A stretch of DNA of 64,000 nt from a bacterium. Lineage in GTDB: Bacteria > Hinthialibacterota > Hinthialibacteria > Hinthialibacterales > Hinthialibacteraceae. The notes under the pieces were generated by a model. It worked only from the letters and a program-made list of their open reading frames with translations. It had not been told where the DNA came from and made no database searches. The DNA lies in assembly GCA_963662285.2 (NCBI GenBank), contig CAXXMV010000002.1, forward strand, positions 544,001 through 608,000, read 5' to 3'. Shown here piece by piece: positions 29,541-41,300 of the stretch (positions are counted from its first letter, which is position 1; the number at the start of each line of letters is the position of its first letter). The position numbers and the translations under genes are program-made.

Positions 29541-31523
29541 TTATTCAGGCAACGCAGTTTCCCCATCAATATCTAAATAAAATAATAGAGCATTATCTTT
29601 ATTATCAACGCTACTCAATAATTGTCCATTCTCTCGTCGAGATAAGTATTGGTATTCATCATCTCCCGCCATATCTACAAAAAAACCGAATGTTGGCCAT
29701 AACCCACGCAATGTTTGATTTAACTCGTTCTGCGCTGCGCCTGCGCCAAGGCCATTATCCACTTTATAGTTATCATTTCCAGTCTGATCAACAAATAGAG
29801 CGAAAGAATTCGAGAAACTGCATCCCAGCGAGGCATTTAATGCATGATACTGATCATTTCCAGCTAAATCGGCGAAAAACCCCAATGAGAAATCTGTCCC
29901 GCTGCCGCCCATCATATAATGCGAGGTCTTATATATATCATCACCCGATTTATCAATCAAGAAGCCGCAGCCCTGATGCGCCGCTGATCCCATGGCATAC
30001 CAGAGAGCCGAGTAGATATCGTCTCCTTCCAGATCAGCTAGAATCCCTATGCCAAAACCTATACCGGCGCCTTGCGCGAAAACGCTTGCTTTATAGAGAT
30101 CATCACCCTTCTGATCAAGCAGAATACCGACGCCCCCGGAAAGAGAATGTCCATCTGCGTTAGGACCGAATCGCCCTGTACCAAAGCCCTGAGAGGCGGA
30201 TGAATTGCGATCCTTTAATTGTGCAGAAGGATTGATGACCGGCGTACAGCTCACGATATACTGGTCGTTTCCGCTGGCGTCATGAATCAGACCTGCGCCG
30301 CCTATTCCTCCATAGGCCTGTGAATTAAAAACCGAATGATAGGTATCATTTCCATCAAAGTCCAATAACACCGATATCCCCATTTCTGATGCGCCCAGGC
30401 TTAAGGATTCCGTATTGTATTGCGAGTCGCCTGCTGCGTCGTATAATATTGAAACGCCGCAAAACGAGTATCCAAAACACCGCCTTATTCCACTAAAGCA
30501 ATCCGCTTCTGAACCAAGGTCGAAGAGACCGGCGAAGCCCAGCAATCCGCAAACCGGGCCAAAATCCACGGCATCGCTTTTATATGCGTCTGATCCTCCC
30601 AGGTCGAAAACTACCGAATAGGGCAGCGCCGCATCGCTCCTGGCGTAAGCCCCGCTATAAACGTCATTGCCGCCGCAATCCATCAACAATAATGGCGCAT
30701 TAGCATAATTATGAGCGTCATCCGCCATGCTGGATACGATTATTTCTCCCAAGGGAGTTTGCAACACCAATGTTTGATTAAGATCATTCTCTTTATTCCA
30801 TTCATAATTATTCATGAAATAATTGAACATGGAGCACATTTGAGCGCTGGCGCGAAAGATCGATTTCCGGTCGCTCTCTGTAATCAATCGTTCAAAATAA
30901 ACGATTTCTGAAGGTTCAAAGTCATTCTTCTGCGCTAGATTCTTAAGCAGATTCAAATCGCAGATTTCTGCAAGAGAATTACGTCCCAACTGCATCCACG
31001 GATATGATTGCTGCAATTGCCAGACAAAATGATATATAAACAGCGCGACATCCTGAGGAAGAGATTGAAAGAATAATCTGGCCGCCTCACTCTTGTCTGA
31101 TGAAAATGATTGGCCTGTATAATTATAAAGAACCTCCAGAACATCAAGAAAATCATCCGGTTTAGGTTCAGTGGTTCTATATTCAAATGCCGGTATCAAG
31201 CCAATTCGTTGGTTAATTAAAATAGATGCATTATTGACGTAATACTCAAAATGATGAGTAGAAGCCGATAGATTGGTCGCCAATCGATAAATCAAATCTC
31301 CTGATTGGAGAGGGGATTTAACCAGGATTTCATGCAAAGGCAGTAAAGCGGTGCTGGACGATAAGCGCATTTTGGATGAATCTATAGAAATATCTTCAAC
31401 AGACAGGCCGGTCTCGCTAACTATGATCTCTTTCACCCTATCGGGTAAAACAAGAGTTTCATCGCTATAGCAACCAAAAGCAGATATAAAGAACAAAAAG
31501 CATAAGATTATTAAGTGTAACAT
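29541..31523 (-). CDS. Exported hypothetical protein with many DxxGxDxY repeats
   Basis: Signal/lipoprotein-like N-terminus; more than 10 repeats such as LLDFDGNDTY, LLDQKGDDLY and LIDKSGDDIY. Confidence 0.75.
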   Translation of the reverse strand: MLHLIILCFLFFISAFGCYSDETLVLPDRVKEIIVSETGLSVEDISIDSSKMRLSSSTALLPLHEILVKSPLQSGDLIYRLATNLSASTHHFEYYVNNASILINQRIGLIPAFEYRTTEPKPDDFLDVLEVLYNYTGQSFSSDKSEAARLFFQSLPQDVALFIYHFVWQLQQSYPWMQLGRNSLAEICDLNLLKNLAQKNDFEPSEIVYFERLITESDRKSIFRASAQMCSMFNYFMNNYEWNKENDLNQTLVLQTPLGEIIVSSMADDAHNYANAPLLLMDCGGNDVYSGAYARSDAALPYSVVFDLGGSDAYKSDAVDFGPVCGLLGFAGLFDLGSEADCFSGIRRCFGYSFCGVSILYDAAGDSQYNTESLSLGASEMGISVLLDFDGNDTYHSVFNSQAYGGIGGAGLIHDASGNDQYIVSCTPVINPSAQLKDRNSSASQGFGTGRFGPNADGHSLSGGVGILLDQKGDDLYKASVFAQGAGIGFGIGILADLEGDDIYSALWYAMGSAAHQGCGFLIDKSGDDIYKTSHYMMGGSGTDFSLGFFADLAGNDQYHALNASLGCSFSNSFALFVDQTGNDNYKVDNGLGAGAAQNELNQTLRGLWPTFGFFVDMAGDDEYQYLSRRENGQLLSSVDNKDNALLFYLDIDGETALPE

Positions 31524-31732
31524 ACACTTCCCCGATATATGAACCACAAATAGCTTGCATGCAGCAAATCTAAGTGATAAATTTAACTCGCAATATTTCA
31601 TGATTTTACATCATATTTATTAATCAATCTGTAAGTAAGGACTGTTTATATCCGGATACTCCAATATTATGTAGTCTCTTCTTCGAGGTTTTTTTTCTTA
31701 ATAGGCTTTTTTTTCTAGCAAGGAGATCATTT

Positions 31733-32437
31733 ATGCGTGCTGTGATTCTAGCCGGTGGATTCGGGAAACGCTTATTTCCATATACATTAGTTCTGCCTAA
31801 ACCTTTGATCCCCATTGGCGATAAACCGATTATCGAAGTAGTAATCCGGCAACTAGTCTCACGCGGCTTCGACCATATCACAATCGCTGTGGGATATCAT
31901 GCTGAACTGATCATGGCCATCGTTGGAGATGGATCAAAATACGGCGTTGCCATCGATTTCTCAATGGAAGATAAACCATTAAACACCATTGGACCATTGA
32001 GTCTGATAGATAAATTAGACCAGACCTTCCTGGTTATGAATGGAGATTTATTAACCGATCTGAATTATAAAGAACTCTACGAATCACATAAAACCAACGG
32101 ATCGATTTTAACAATAGCTGTCTGCAAACGGCATGTCAGTATATCGCTTGGCGTTCTATCATTCGATGATGACCAAAGAGTGACCTCGTTTCAGGAAAAA
32201 CCGCAATTCGATTATGATGTAAGCATGGGCGTCTATATTTTTGAACCGGGCATATTTAAATATATTCCCAAGGGCGAGTCATTCGGCTTTGACCATTTGA
32301 TTCATAAATTACTTGATAAAAAAGAACCGGTCAATGTTTTTCAATTTGATGGCAATTGGCTGGATATGGGAACTCAAGACGATCTGGATAACGCCATAGA
32401 AGAATTTGAAAACCATAGAAGCCGCTATCTACCATAA
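31733..32437 (+). CDS. Sugar-phosphate nucleotidyltransferase
   Basis: AVILAGGFGKRL.P.T..LPKPL, NGD and WLDMG motifs. Confidence 0.92.
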   Translation: MRAVILAGGFGKRLFPYTLVLPKPLIPIGDKPIIEVVIRQLVSRGFDHITIAVGYHAELIMAIVGDGSKYGVAIDFSMEDKPLNTIGPLSLIDKLDQTFLVMNGDLLTDLNYKELYESHKTNGSILTIAVCKRHVSISLGVLSFDDDQRVTSFQEKPQFDYDVSMGVYIFEPGIFKYIPKGESFGFDHLIHKLLDKKEPVNVFQFDGNWLDMGTQDDLDNAIEEFENHRSRYLP

Positions 32438-32473
32438 GATAGAATGCACCACCCTTTTTTATGGGATAATAAT

Positions 32474-33097
32474 ATGACTACTCAAAACGATAAAAACTAT
32501 TTCGTACATGAATCGGCTTATGTAGACCAGCCCTGCACTATCGGTGATGGGACGAAAATATGGCATTTCAGCCATGTGATGAAGAATGCCCGTATCGGAC
32601 GGAACTGCATTCTTGGTCAGAATGTCCACATCGCCAATGATGTAGTACTTGGTGATAATGTAAAAATCCAGAATAACGTCTCAGTCTATACCGGCTGCGT
32701 TATAGAAGATGACGTCTTCCTGGGGCCATCATGCGTGCTTACCAACGTAACCAATCCACGCAGCCAGATAATACGTCATGATCTTTATGAAAAGACGCTG
32801 ATTCGACGGGGCGCATCTATCGGCGCCAACGCTACGCTTGTGTGCGGCAATACCATCGGGAAATATGCATTTATCGCAGCTGGCGCCGTGGTTACACGGG
32901 ATGTCCCGGATTATGCTTTGATGATCGGGACGCCCGCCAGACGCGCCGGATGGATGAGTCGGCATGGTTTCACGCTGCCCGCCCCGAACCAGGAGGGAAT
33001 CATGTTCTGCCCTGAAAGCGGATGGCGTTACAAAGAGATCGATAAAGACGTGCTGCGGTGCATGGATTGGCCGGAAGACAAATCATTAGAGAAATAG
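32474..33097 (+). CDS. WbpD/WlbB-like hexapeptide-repeat N-acetyltransferase
   Basis: IGDGTKIWHFSHV, KIQNNVSVY, VFLGPSCVLTN..NPRS and ASIGANAT motifs. Confidence 0.9.
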   Translation: MTTQNDKNYFVHESAYVDQPCTIGDGTKIWHFSHVMKNARIGRNCILGQNVHIANDVVLGDNVKIQNNVSVYTGCVIEDDVFLGPSCVLTNVTNPRSQIIRHDLYEKTLIRRGASIGANATLVCGNTIGKYAFIAAGAVVTRDVPDYALMIGTPARRAGWMSRHGFTLPAPNQEGIMFCPESGWRYKEIDKDVLRCMDWPEDKSLEK

Positions 33098-33110
33098 AAA
33101 GAGAAAATTG

Positions 33111-34241
33111 ATGCCCTTATCTAACCAACCAACCTCTGTTCCCTTGCTGGACCTGAAATCACAATACTATAAGATCAAGGATGAAATCCACGCGGCTATT
33201 GATGGCGTTCTTGAAACGCAACATTTCATCATGGGGCCCGAAGTCAGTTCATTAGAAGAAGAGATCGCCGTCTATTCCAACTGCAAGTACGGCGTTGGAG
33301 TCACCTCCGGCACCGATGCGCTGCTAATCGCCTTGATGGCGCTCGATATAAAATCCGGCGATGAGATCATCACCACGCCTTACACCTTCTTCGCCACTGC
33401 TGGAGTGATCCATAGAGTCGGCGCCAAAGCGGTCTTCGTCGATATCGATGAAGACACGTACAACATCGATCCACGGCAGATTGAACAAGCCATAACAGAT
33501 AAAACCAAAGCCATTATTCCGGTTCATCTCTATGGTCAATGCGCTGCAATGGATCCGATTCTGGAGATAGCCCAAAGACGTAATCTGGCGGTAATCGAAG
33601 ACGCAGCGCAGGCCATCGGCGCCGAATATAAAGAAAAACGCGCCGGATCAATGGGATTAATGGGCTGTTTCTCTTTCTTCCCTTCAAAAAACCTGGGAGG
33701 ATTCGGCGACGGCGGCATGGTGGTAACCAACGATGAAGAACTGAACCATAAATTGAAAATGCTGCGCATGCATGGTTCCGAGCCAAAATATTACCATTCC
33801 ATAGTTGGCGGCAATTTCCGGCTCGACGCCATACAGGCTGCCATTGTAAGAGTAAAACTAAAGTATCTTGATAGTTGGACGAAGGCCAGACAAGAGAATG
33901 CAGCCAGATACAACGATCTCTTCAAAAAGGCAGGATTAGACCATAATATAAAACTTCCTGTTATTCAGCAAAACCGGCATATCTTCAATCAATTCATCAT
34001 CAGCGTCTCTAAGCGCGACGAGTTGAAAGAATGCCTGACAAAGCACAACATTGGAACCGAGATTTACTATCCCGTCCCTATGCATTTACAGAAATGCTTT
34101 GAATATCTGGATTACAAAAAGGGCGATTTCCCCATTAGCGAAAAGGCCGCTGATTCTACATTGGCTCTACCCATCTATGCTGAACTTACCGCAGAACAAC
34201 AGGAATACGTAGTAAACTGCATCGCTTCGTTTATGGATTAA
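33111..34241 (+). CDS. DegT/DnrJ/EryC1/StrS aminotransferase (WbpE-like)
   Basis: SGTDAL, PVHLYGQ, IEDAAQAIG, SFFPSKNLGGFGDGG and NFRLDAIQA motifs. Confidence 0.94.
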   Translation: MPLSNQPTSVPLLDLKSQYYKIKDEIHAAIDGVLETQHFIMGPEVSSLEEEIAVYSNCKYGVGVTSGTDALLIALMALDIKSGDEIITTPYTFFATAGVIHRVGAKAVFVDIDEDTYNIDPRQIEQAITDKTKAIIPVHLYGQCAAMDPILEIAQRRNLAVIEDAAQAIGAEYKEKRAGSMGLMGCFSFFPSKNLGGFGDGGMVVTNDEELNHKLKMLRMHGSEPKYYHSIVGGNFRLDAIQAAIVRVKLKYLDSWTKARQENAARYNDLFKKAGLDHNIKLPVIQQNRHIFNQFIISVSKRDELKECLTKHNIGTEIYYPVPMHLQKCFEYLDYKKGDFPISEKAADSTLALPIYAELTAEQQEYVVNCIASFMD

Positions 34242-34370
34242 GGTTTTACAACTGTAGTGGCGTCTTTCATGGGCGCCCGATATGCAGCATGGTGGGTCGC
34301 GCTTTTTCGACTCACCGACAAGAATTGATGAATCACATGAACCTATTAAAAATAAATCGCAAGAAATCAA

Positions 34371-35126
34371 TCACGCCTGTTTTTCATAAGGCATTTCTCT
34401 TTTGCGGATAAAAGCGATGAAAATGGCGATAAAAACCTTAACCACATACCATATCGGTCTACAGCCGCGATGTAAAGAATGCAGTTTGGCGTTGTGATAC
34501 ATATAGACTGGTATCTCTTTTAGCCGGAATCCATTTTTGAGAAAGGTCATTATCATATCTGCATCGGGATAATCGAATGGGAAACTTTTGCCGCATAGAA
34601 ACTTGAGGACGCTACGGTTAAAACCGATATAACCGCTGGTAGGATCAGTAATTCTCCTCAGACATAGGCAAAGAAGAACCAACCGGAATAGATTGATGCC
34701 CACCCAGCGAAAGAAAGTGCCATAATATAAGGGATTGCTAGGCTCGAATAGAATGTTATCTTTATGCAGAAAACGCGACCCGATTACAATATCCGATTGA
34801 CCGCTTTGTAGTTCTTTCAGGATAGACAGAAGACAACGGGGATCATGTTGACCATCGCCATCCAATTGTATTAAATACTTATACCCTTTGCGGTAGCAAT
34901 ATTTATAACCAGTTTGGATTGTAATTCCGTAACCCATTTGAGTTGAATGGGTTAAAGTTAAAATACCATGTTCAGCCAAAATCTTCGCTGAATCATCACT
35001 CGAAGCGTCATTAATAGCAACAATATCCGCATTCAGAGTACGGCATTCCCTTTTTAATAGCGGTAAGAGAGTCGGAAGATTAGCCGCTTCATTATGAACC
35101 GGGATAATAACTAAAAGATCAGTCAT
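34371..35126 (-). CDS. GT2 glycosyltransferase (DPM1-like)
   Basis: IIPVHNE, INDASSDDS, LDGDGQHDP, VIGSRF and TDPTSG motifs. Confidence 0.9.
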   Translation of the reverse strand: MTDLLVIIPVHNEAANLPTLLPLLKRECRTLNADIVAINDASSDDSAKILAEHGILTLTHSTQMGYGITIQTGYKYCYRKGYKYLIQLDGDGQHDPRCLLSILKELQSGQSDIVIGSRFLHKDNILFEPSNPLYYGTFFRWVGINLFRLVLLCLCLRRITDPTSGYIGFNRSVLKFLCGKSFPFDYPDADMIMTFLKNGFRLKEIPVYMYHNAKLHSLHRGCRPIWYVVKVFIAIFIAFIRKREMPYEKQA

Positions 35127-35353
35127 AAAGTTAACCGTAAAGATGTTATGGAAAAAAATAAATGCATTATCGAATCAATCAAAAATGTTGTGGTAAGATT
35201 TAACTTTACTCTATATCATCAAGAAAAGCCATCCTAAGATTTACTATTCTATTGATTGAGTATCAATCCACCCTGGATTCCATCTATCAACCACATTATC
35301 AGGAGAGATTCACGCTTAGGCAAGAGTATTTAGGGCGATTCTCACAATTATAA

Positions 35354-36589
35354 TTATTCAGGTAAGCCTTTCTGATAATAATCACACGTTTGTTTCGCCA
35401 CTTCTTCCCACGAAGGCAGTTTAAGATCAATTCTGCCGTGATTTATGATATCTTTTTTGCGAACGCGGCAATTTAGCATCTCATTCTGTAATGATCCGAC
35501 GTCATTAGGTTGAATTATTTTTAGCATGACTTCTTCGGTGGAAAGATGTTCTAAACACCCGTAGGATTCTGTCGCAATAACCGGCGTCCCACACATCAAC
35601 GATTCTACCGGAACCAGACCAAATGACTCATAGGGAGAAGGGCACAGCGTACAATCAGCATGTTTAAACAGGTTCGGTATAGACTGCCGGGATGCTTCGG
35701 GTATCACATATACTCCCGGCAGGGCAAGTACAATTTCACAAGCAATTGATATTCGATGCCGGTTGCATAAATCCTGGATATCCTTTACCGCCCCTTCATC
35801 GGGACCACAGCAAATCATTCGTGCTCGATATCCCTGTTTTAATAAACCGCAAAATGCTTTTAATGCGGTAATCACCCCTTTGGCCTGGTTTAATCTTCCC
35901 AGGTAAAGAAAAGTGGGGAATTCATCATTCGCAGAAATATTTACATTAAGTTTTGCGTGAGGAGATTTGAAAGTCGGACAACCATGAGGCAGAATATTTA
36001 TAATCTGGTCTGGAACACTACAACTATTAAGCTGTTTTTTCTCATTTTCACATAAAGCAAAATGACCGGTGATTTTGCTAAACCATCCTCTGCGAAGATA
36101 TGGATCGGCGACAGTATGCACTATGCGGCGCATTCCGCGATGCACGGGTGGATTGAGCGAACCATGGCAAGACAAAAAGGCCTTCGCTCCCCTTTTGATA
36201 AATTCATGAAAAACCTTGCGGTAACCGGGGATATGAACCTCATGCAGGTGAAGAATATCGGCGCCTTTGGACATTCGCACGTCAATATCCTTATTCCAAA
36301 AAGGAGCAGAAAAGATTTTTCTCTTATTGGCAAGTTGAGGATAACGGTTGGGAATATAAAAAATATGCACGCCGCCAATACGTCCGATAGCCCGCAATGT
36401 ATCTGAATGAAGCCATTCAAGAGACAAGCCTTCTCTTTGAATATCTTGATCAAGCCCGGCGTCAGTGGTCAGGACAAACACTTCATGGCCTTGTCGGGCT
36501 TGAGCTGTTACCAGCGAAAATACCGCTTCAGGTACGCCTCCAAAGCGCCTCGCCGGAGGAAAATAGGGAATAACATGAAAAATCCGCAT
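35354..36589 (-). CDS. GT4 glycosyltransferase
   Basis: FGG, YLGRL..KG and PSPYESFGLVPVESLMCGTPVI motifs. Confidence 0.9.
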   Translation of the reverse strand: MRIFHVIPYFPPARRFGGVPEAVFSLVTAQARQGHEVFVLTTDAGLDQDIQREGLSLEWLHSDTLRAIGRIGGVHIFYIPNRYPQLANKRKIFSAPFWNKDIDVRMSKGADILHLHEVHIPGYRKVFHEFIKRGAKAFLSCHGSLNPPVHRGMRRIVHTVADPYLRRGWFSKITGHFALCENEKKQLNSCSVPDQIINILPHGCPTFKSPHAKLNVNISANDEFPTFLYLGRLNQAKGVITALKAFCGLLKQGYRARMICCGPDEGAVKDIQDLCNRHRISIACEIVLALPGVYVIPEASRQSIPNLFKHADCTLCPSPYESFGLVPVESLMCGTPVIATESYGCLEHLSTEEVMLKIIQPNDVGSLQNEMLNCRVRKKDIINHGRIDLKLPSWEEVAKQTCDYYQKGLPE

Positions 36590-36599
36590 TGATTATTCG

Positions 36600-37613
36600 T
36601 TAACCAGAATCTGTAGTTGGGGCTATCCACTTATAAATCCAACCGCACGCATAGGCGGACAAAAATATAACGCTCCGCAAAAAGAAAACCGGAGAAGAAA
36701 ATAATAAAACATAATCCTTGAAATAGCAATATAAAAATAAAGAATAGCTAACCGGCGCCAAAATGGTGAGTCCAATCATGCAAAAAGAGGCTATAGGAGA
36801 GAACCAATATAACAAACATGCCATTGGCAATAATGCCGATGATAAAACCAGAGCGCCAACCACCCGGTCGAAGGGATATAATACCTGGCTATCAACAAAG
36901 GGACGCCGGAATCCATAAGACCATATTCGAACAAGGCAATCGGTTAGTTGAGTTTTGAAATGATGCCACGCAACCGCCTTGGGATTGCAGCGCAATAAAT
37001 AACCGGCGTCGCGCAGCCGCTGGTTATAATCAGAATCGAAGCCCGCCGGGCCTAGTTCGAGTCTACATGGTCCGATTTCATCGAAAACCGCTTTCCGGTA
37101 AAGCGCATTGGCGCTGGTGATATGACGGGCTATGGCAGTATTCGAGTGAATTTTGTAAGCGATTTCATAACCGAACATCTTCGCTACAGCCGAATCATCA
37201 TCAGAAGGGTAGAGGCATCCCCCGGCGCCAGCAGTCCGGTCTTGCTCAATTTCCGGCAGTAAATGATTCAACCAATCCGGCGCCAGTTTTACATCACTCT
37301 CCACCCAGGCCACGACGGGATGAGAAACCTGCTCCAAACCGGCATTCATGGCGGCGGCTTCTCCTCCATGCGGTATAATCAAACAGGTAACAGCAATGCG
37401 CTCATTTTGGGTATCAAGAGTAGCTATCCACTGCTGTACGACCTTGGCTGAATCATCAGTTGATTGATCGTCAACCATAATTATCTCTATAGGAACTGAG
37501 ACATCCTGGTTCACGATGCTATCTAGGCTCTCGACCACAGTATGCGCCGCATTAAAAACCGGGACAATAAACGATACGGGTTGCTCCACAGCCTTAAAAT
37601 CACTCATAAGCAT
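36600..37613 (-). CDS. GT2 glycosyltransferase with C-terminal TM helices
   Basis: SFIVPVFN, VDDQSTD and AMNAG motifs; DxD position reads ESD. Confidence 0.85.
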   Translation of the reverse strand: MLMSDFKAVEQPVSFIVPVFNAAHTVVESLDSIVNQDVSVPIEIIMVDDQSTDDSAKVVQQWIATLDTQNERIAVTCLIIPHGGEAAAMNAGLEQVSHPVVAWVESDVKLAPDWLNHLLPEIEQDRTAGAGGCLYPSDDDSAVAKMFGYEIAYKIHSNTAIARHITSANALYRKAVFDEIGPCRLELGPAGFDSDYNQRLRDAGYLLRCNPKAVAWHHFKTQLTDCLVRIWSYGFRRPFVDSQVLYPFDRVVGALVLSSALLPMACLLYWFSPIASFCMIGLTILAPVSYSLFLYCYFKDYVLLFSSPVFFLRSVIFLSAYACGWIYKWIAPTTDSG

Positions 37614-38257
37614 TAATACCCATTAGAAAATAATGAATTCACGATTGCAAAACATCCTGGGAAATCATACATCAGCCTGAATCCAGTAATAATCAGAAAT
37701 ACGGCAAGAGCGCAGGCGAATAATTTGGTTTTCTGTTGCGCTTGAAGAAACGCGACGCCGCCAGCGCAGAACAGCATCATCCCCTCAATCAGCATCAAAT
37801 TTCCTTTGAACACATACAAAACCGCTTCTGAAAAATGCCATCCGGCGAAGCGCAGATTCCCTGAGGCGTCGCGTATAAACATAAATCCTTGCGCGGCTTC
37901 CTCTAAACCTTTGATGCTCGCTTCGACTACATTGGGCGCCGGAGGCCAATCATAAGGAATTACTGGATAAAACCAGGGAATAAAACCGATATCGCCGATT
38001 AAATGTAAAAAATGCCCTACGCACCAGGATGCTCCCCATGCTTTACCTTTCCACCAAGCAACCAGCAATGAACATATTGCCACCGAAAGTAATGTATGAA
38101 ACCAGCAACGCCCATAGGGAGCGATGTAGATTACATCAGAAAAAAATTTGTCTGCAATATCCACAAAGAAAGTAGCCGCAATAGCCGGAGTATAAGGTAA
38201 TTTCAATAGCCGAGCGCCTACAATGCTCATCGCTGCATGACCGGGAATGGGATACAC
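37613..38257 (-). CDS. YdjM-like membrane metal-dependent hydrolase
   Basis: N-terminal GH, D..DK, R..FHTL and H..HLIGD motifs. Confidence 0.7.
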   Translation of the reverse strand: MYPIPGHAAMSIVGARLLKLPYTPAIAATFFVDIADKFFSDVIYIAPYGRCWFHTLLSVAICSLLVAWWKGKAWGASWCVGHFLHLIGDIGFIPWFYPVIPYDWPPAPNVVEASIKGLEEAAQGFMFIRDASGNLRFAGWHFSEAVLYVFKGNLMLIEGMMLFCAGGVAFLQAQQKTKLFACALAVFLIITGFRLMYDFPGCFAIVNSLFSNGY

Positions 38258-38327
38258 TTTAAATCCTTAAATAATCCTGGATTGGTACGACGATTGATGT
38301 TCTATTGAACATTTTTCACTTAAAAAC

Positions 38328-38367
38328 AAAAAGGGCGGCGAAAAGAAACGTTCTCTTTCCGCCGCCC
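38328..38367 (-). terminator. Intrinsic terminator of paralog A
   Basis: gggcggcg..cgccgccc stem with a minus-strand U tract; near-identical copy at 41804-41843. Confidence 0.8.
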
Positions 38368-38392
38368 ATAATAGGTGTTATTAACTATTCAA

Positions 38393-41300
38393 TTAGAAGA
38401 GTTCCCACCCGGCAACATCGGTGAAGATATCCAACGTTTGCAATGTAAAGTAATCATATTCTGCTACATTAACATTCTCGCCGCCCCAGTTTTTGGCGAA
38501 GATTCCAACGCGGGTTGCCTGGCGATTCTCCTGAATTGGAGCGCCAACCAACTGCCACGATGAATCCGGCAACTGCGCGCTGAAGATCAATTCTCCATCG
38601 CGTCTGGTTACCGCAATCTTGGCCGTGATCTTATCCTGTAACATGAGTTCATCAATCCAATCATAATCATTCACGAATTCATGATAATCGAGGATGCCAA
38701 TCACGCTTTGACCTGTCAGTTCAACGCGTAAATCAGCTGCATAGAATCCAAAGAGATACTCGTCTCCACTCACGTCCGCATCATCGCCCTGGTTGTAGGT
38801 GACAGCCAGACCTACATGATATTGATCCCAGGTGATGGTATCTTTCAGCGTAACGTTGGTCTCAATGCGCCAGTCACCTTCTGGTATATCAGTTCGCAGA
38901 ATCATGGGAGCGCGGCGCCCGTCAGTCCATTCATTGAATTTTTCGGGAGTGGAAATTGTATCAACTTCAAACGATAATAATCCGTCAGCCGTAGAAATTA
39001 TGACGCCGTCTTCATAATCCGCGCTTAAGGCCGGATCGCTGCCATATTCCACAAACCACGGATCAGCCAGATCGCTATCGAAATCGTCTTTCTTCTCATC
39101 TGTCGGGGCGCCAAACAACCAGACTTCATTGGTCACGCTGACGTCTCCGTTAATCGGACGGGCGAGAGGAAGACCAATATCACAAAGCCCGTCAAAGATC
39201 AGGAATCTTGTCCCTTCGGATGAAGCGAGCGTGTAAGAAATTGTCTGTGATCCGGTAATCGGCGCCAAATCCCAAATGATTTTACTTCCTATTTGCTGAC
39301 CGCCATCGCTGATATCCTGAACTTGCGCTCCGGGAGGGATAGATTCTTCAATAAAGGCTTCATACGAGCCATAGACCGATTCGGAATTAAGAGAAACCAT
39401 TAATGGTTGGCTGGCATCAAAGAATCCATCTTGCGTGAGTTGGCGAGTCACCTTCCCTACCCCTTTGACCCGGACGATTTCCAACCGTTGAAAACCAGTG
39501 GGATCATGGTGATCGGCGGGCAACGTGGGGAACGCCGCTACAATGGAATGCACTCCTCCACTGACCGGGAAGGGGCCGACGCTGAACATCTTAAATACAT
39601 CAAAACCTTGAGTATCCGGGACTCTGATTTCGCCTTTGAATTTATTATCAACATAAACATCTATCAGGGCGTCGCCGGTGTGTCCCCATCCGTTATTGAT
39701 GGATAAATTCAAATACAACACTTGATCTCCCTCGCCTAGATCGAAAGTGTATCGCCACCAATCTCCCCCGGTGATGCCTTGTCCGATACTGTAAAGGTCG
39801 CCGCGTTTTTCAAGGCCGACTTCATCGTCATCCCGGAAACCATCCAGATCATAACTGTCGCCTCGCGTTCCGGTTGGATTGGATTGGTGAAAATCAGCGC
39901 CGGTAGGAAATTCAAAGGTTAGATCTATTTGAGGAGTTGAGCCATCGCCGGATGGACGTTCATACGCTACAGCGCTGGCAATTCCATCCATTCCCTCTGT
40001 GTATCGCTCATCCAATTCATAGCCGGTGGGATAATTTTTACCATCAACCGGGCTTCCGCTGAAATCGTAATCAACGGCTTCTCTATACAGATAGGGCAAC
40101 AAAATAGAGATAGCAGTCTCACCCGTTATACGTTCTTCTCCATCTCCCTGGTCAAAACTCCCCGAAAAACCTGCTATCCGGTTTAGCAGAAGCCGTGGAG
40201 GAGTAATGGTGTATGACAGAGTTGTCGATTCACTCAGATTCTTGAGCGACCAATAGATATTGCCTCCAGATACGACGCCGTTATTGGATATGTTGGAAAC
40301 TGTCCAATTATTGGGCAAACCTTCAATAATTTCCAGAGAAGGTATGCTGCCATTTATTTTGACGGGAAGACTAATGGTCAGCGGAGTGTCCGCTTCGAAA
40401 TGCATGGCGCTCATCTCGCGGCTTATGGTCGCCCTATTCGCCGCAACTCCACGTACTTCCAAATTGTCTATGTATATCAAACCAGCGGGAGCAGAATCCA
40501 GGTTGTAACCCAATTGGATGTACCGGGGGCCATCGCCAAACGGTGGAAAATCACGATCATCAATCAGTATCCAGCCGCCTTCGCCCTGATCCTTGTACAT
40601 CAAAAGTACATGGTCGCCGCTGACTTCCGCCCGGAGGCGGTGTGGATTAGCGCCTAGAGGAAGGGTTATGTCACACTCTCCTTCACTGGGGAGTGAATTG
40701 GAACCATCAAAATAGTGCGTGGTCTGACGCAAGAAATAATTGTGACGGTCAAATATCCCATTCCCTCCCGCGACATCCGGACCAACCAAAGGCCAGAAAG
40801 AGAATCGTCCTACTATTTCATTATGGTAAAAGAAATCGAATTCGACTGAATACTCTTGCGGCAGTTCTTTGTCGAGGCGCAGCCAGTGATTTGAGCCGCC
40901 CGTCCATTCTATTCGCCCATTGACGGCTTCTACCGGCCCATCGGTCGACATATCTACCAACTCAGGCCAGGCCGTAGTGGGATCAGGTGCGCTTGGATCA
41001 TTAAAATTGTTGCTATAATTGAAGAGATTCTCATCCTTGTAACTGACGACAAAATTATCGATATAAATCAGCCCGGCGGGAGCGGAATCCAGATTGTAAC
41101 CTAATTGGATATACCGGGGTCCATCGCCAAATGGTGGGAAATCACGCTCATCGATTAGAATCCAACCGCCTTCGCCTCGATCCTTATACATTAAAAGGAC
41201 ATGGTCGCCGCGTACTTCCGCCCGCAGGCGGTGTGGATTGGCTTCCAGAGGAAGGGTTAAGTCACACTCTCCTTCGCTGGGTACAGTATTGGTTCCATTA

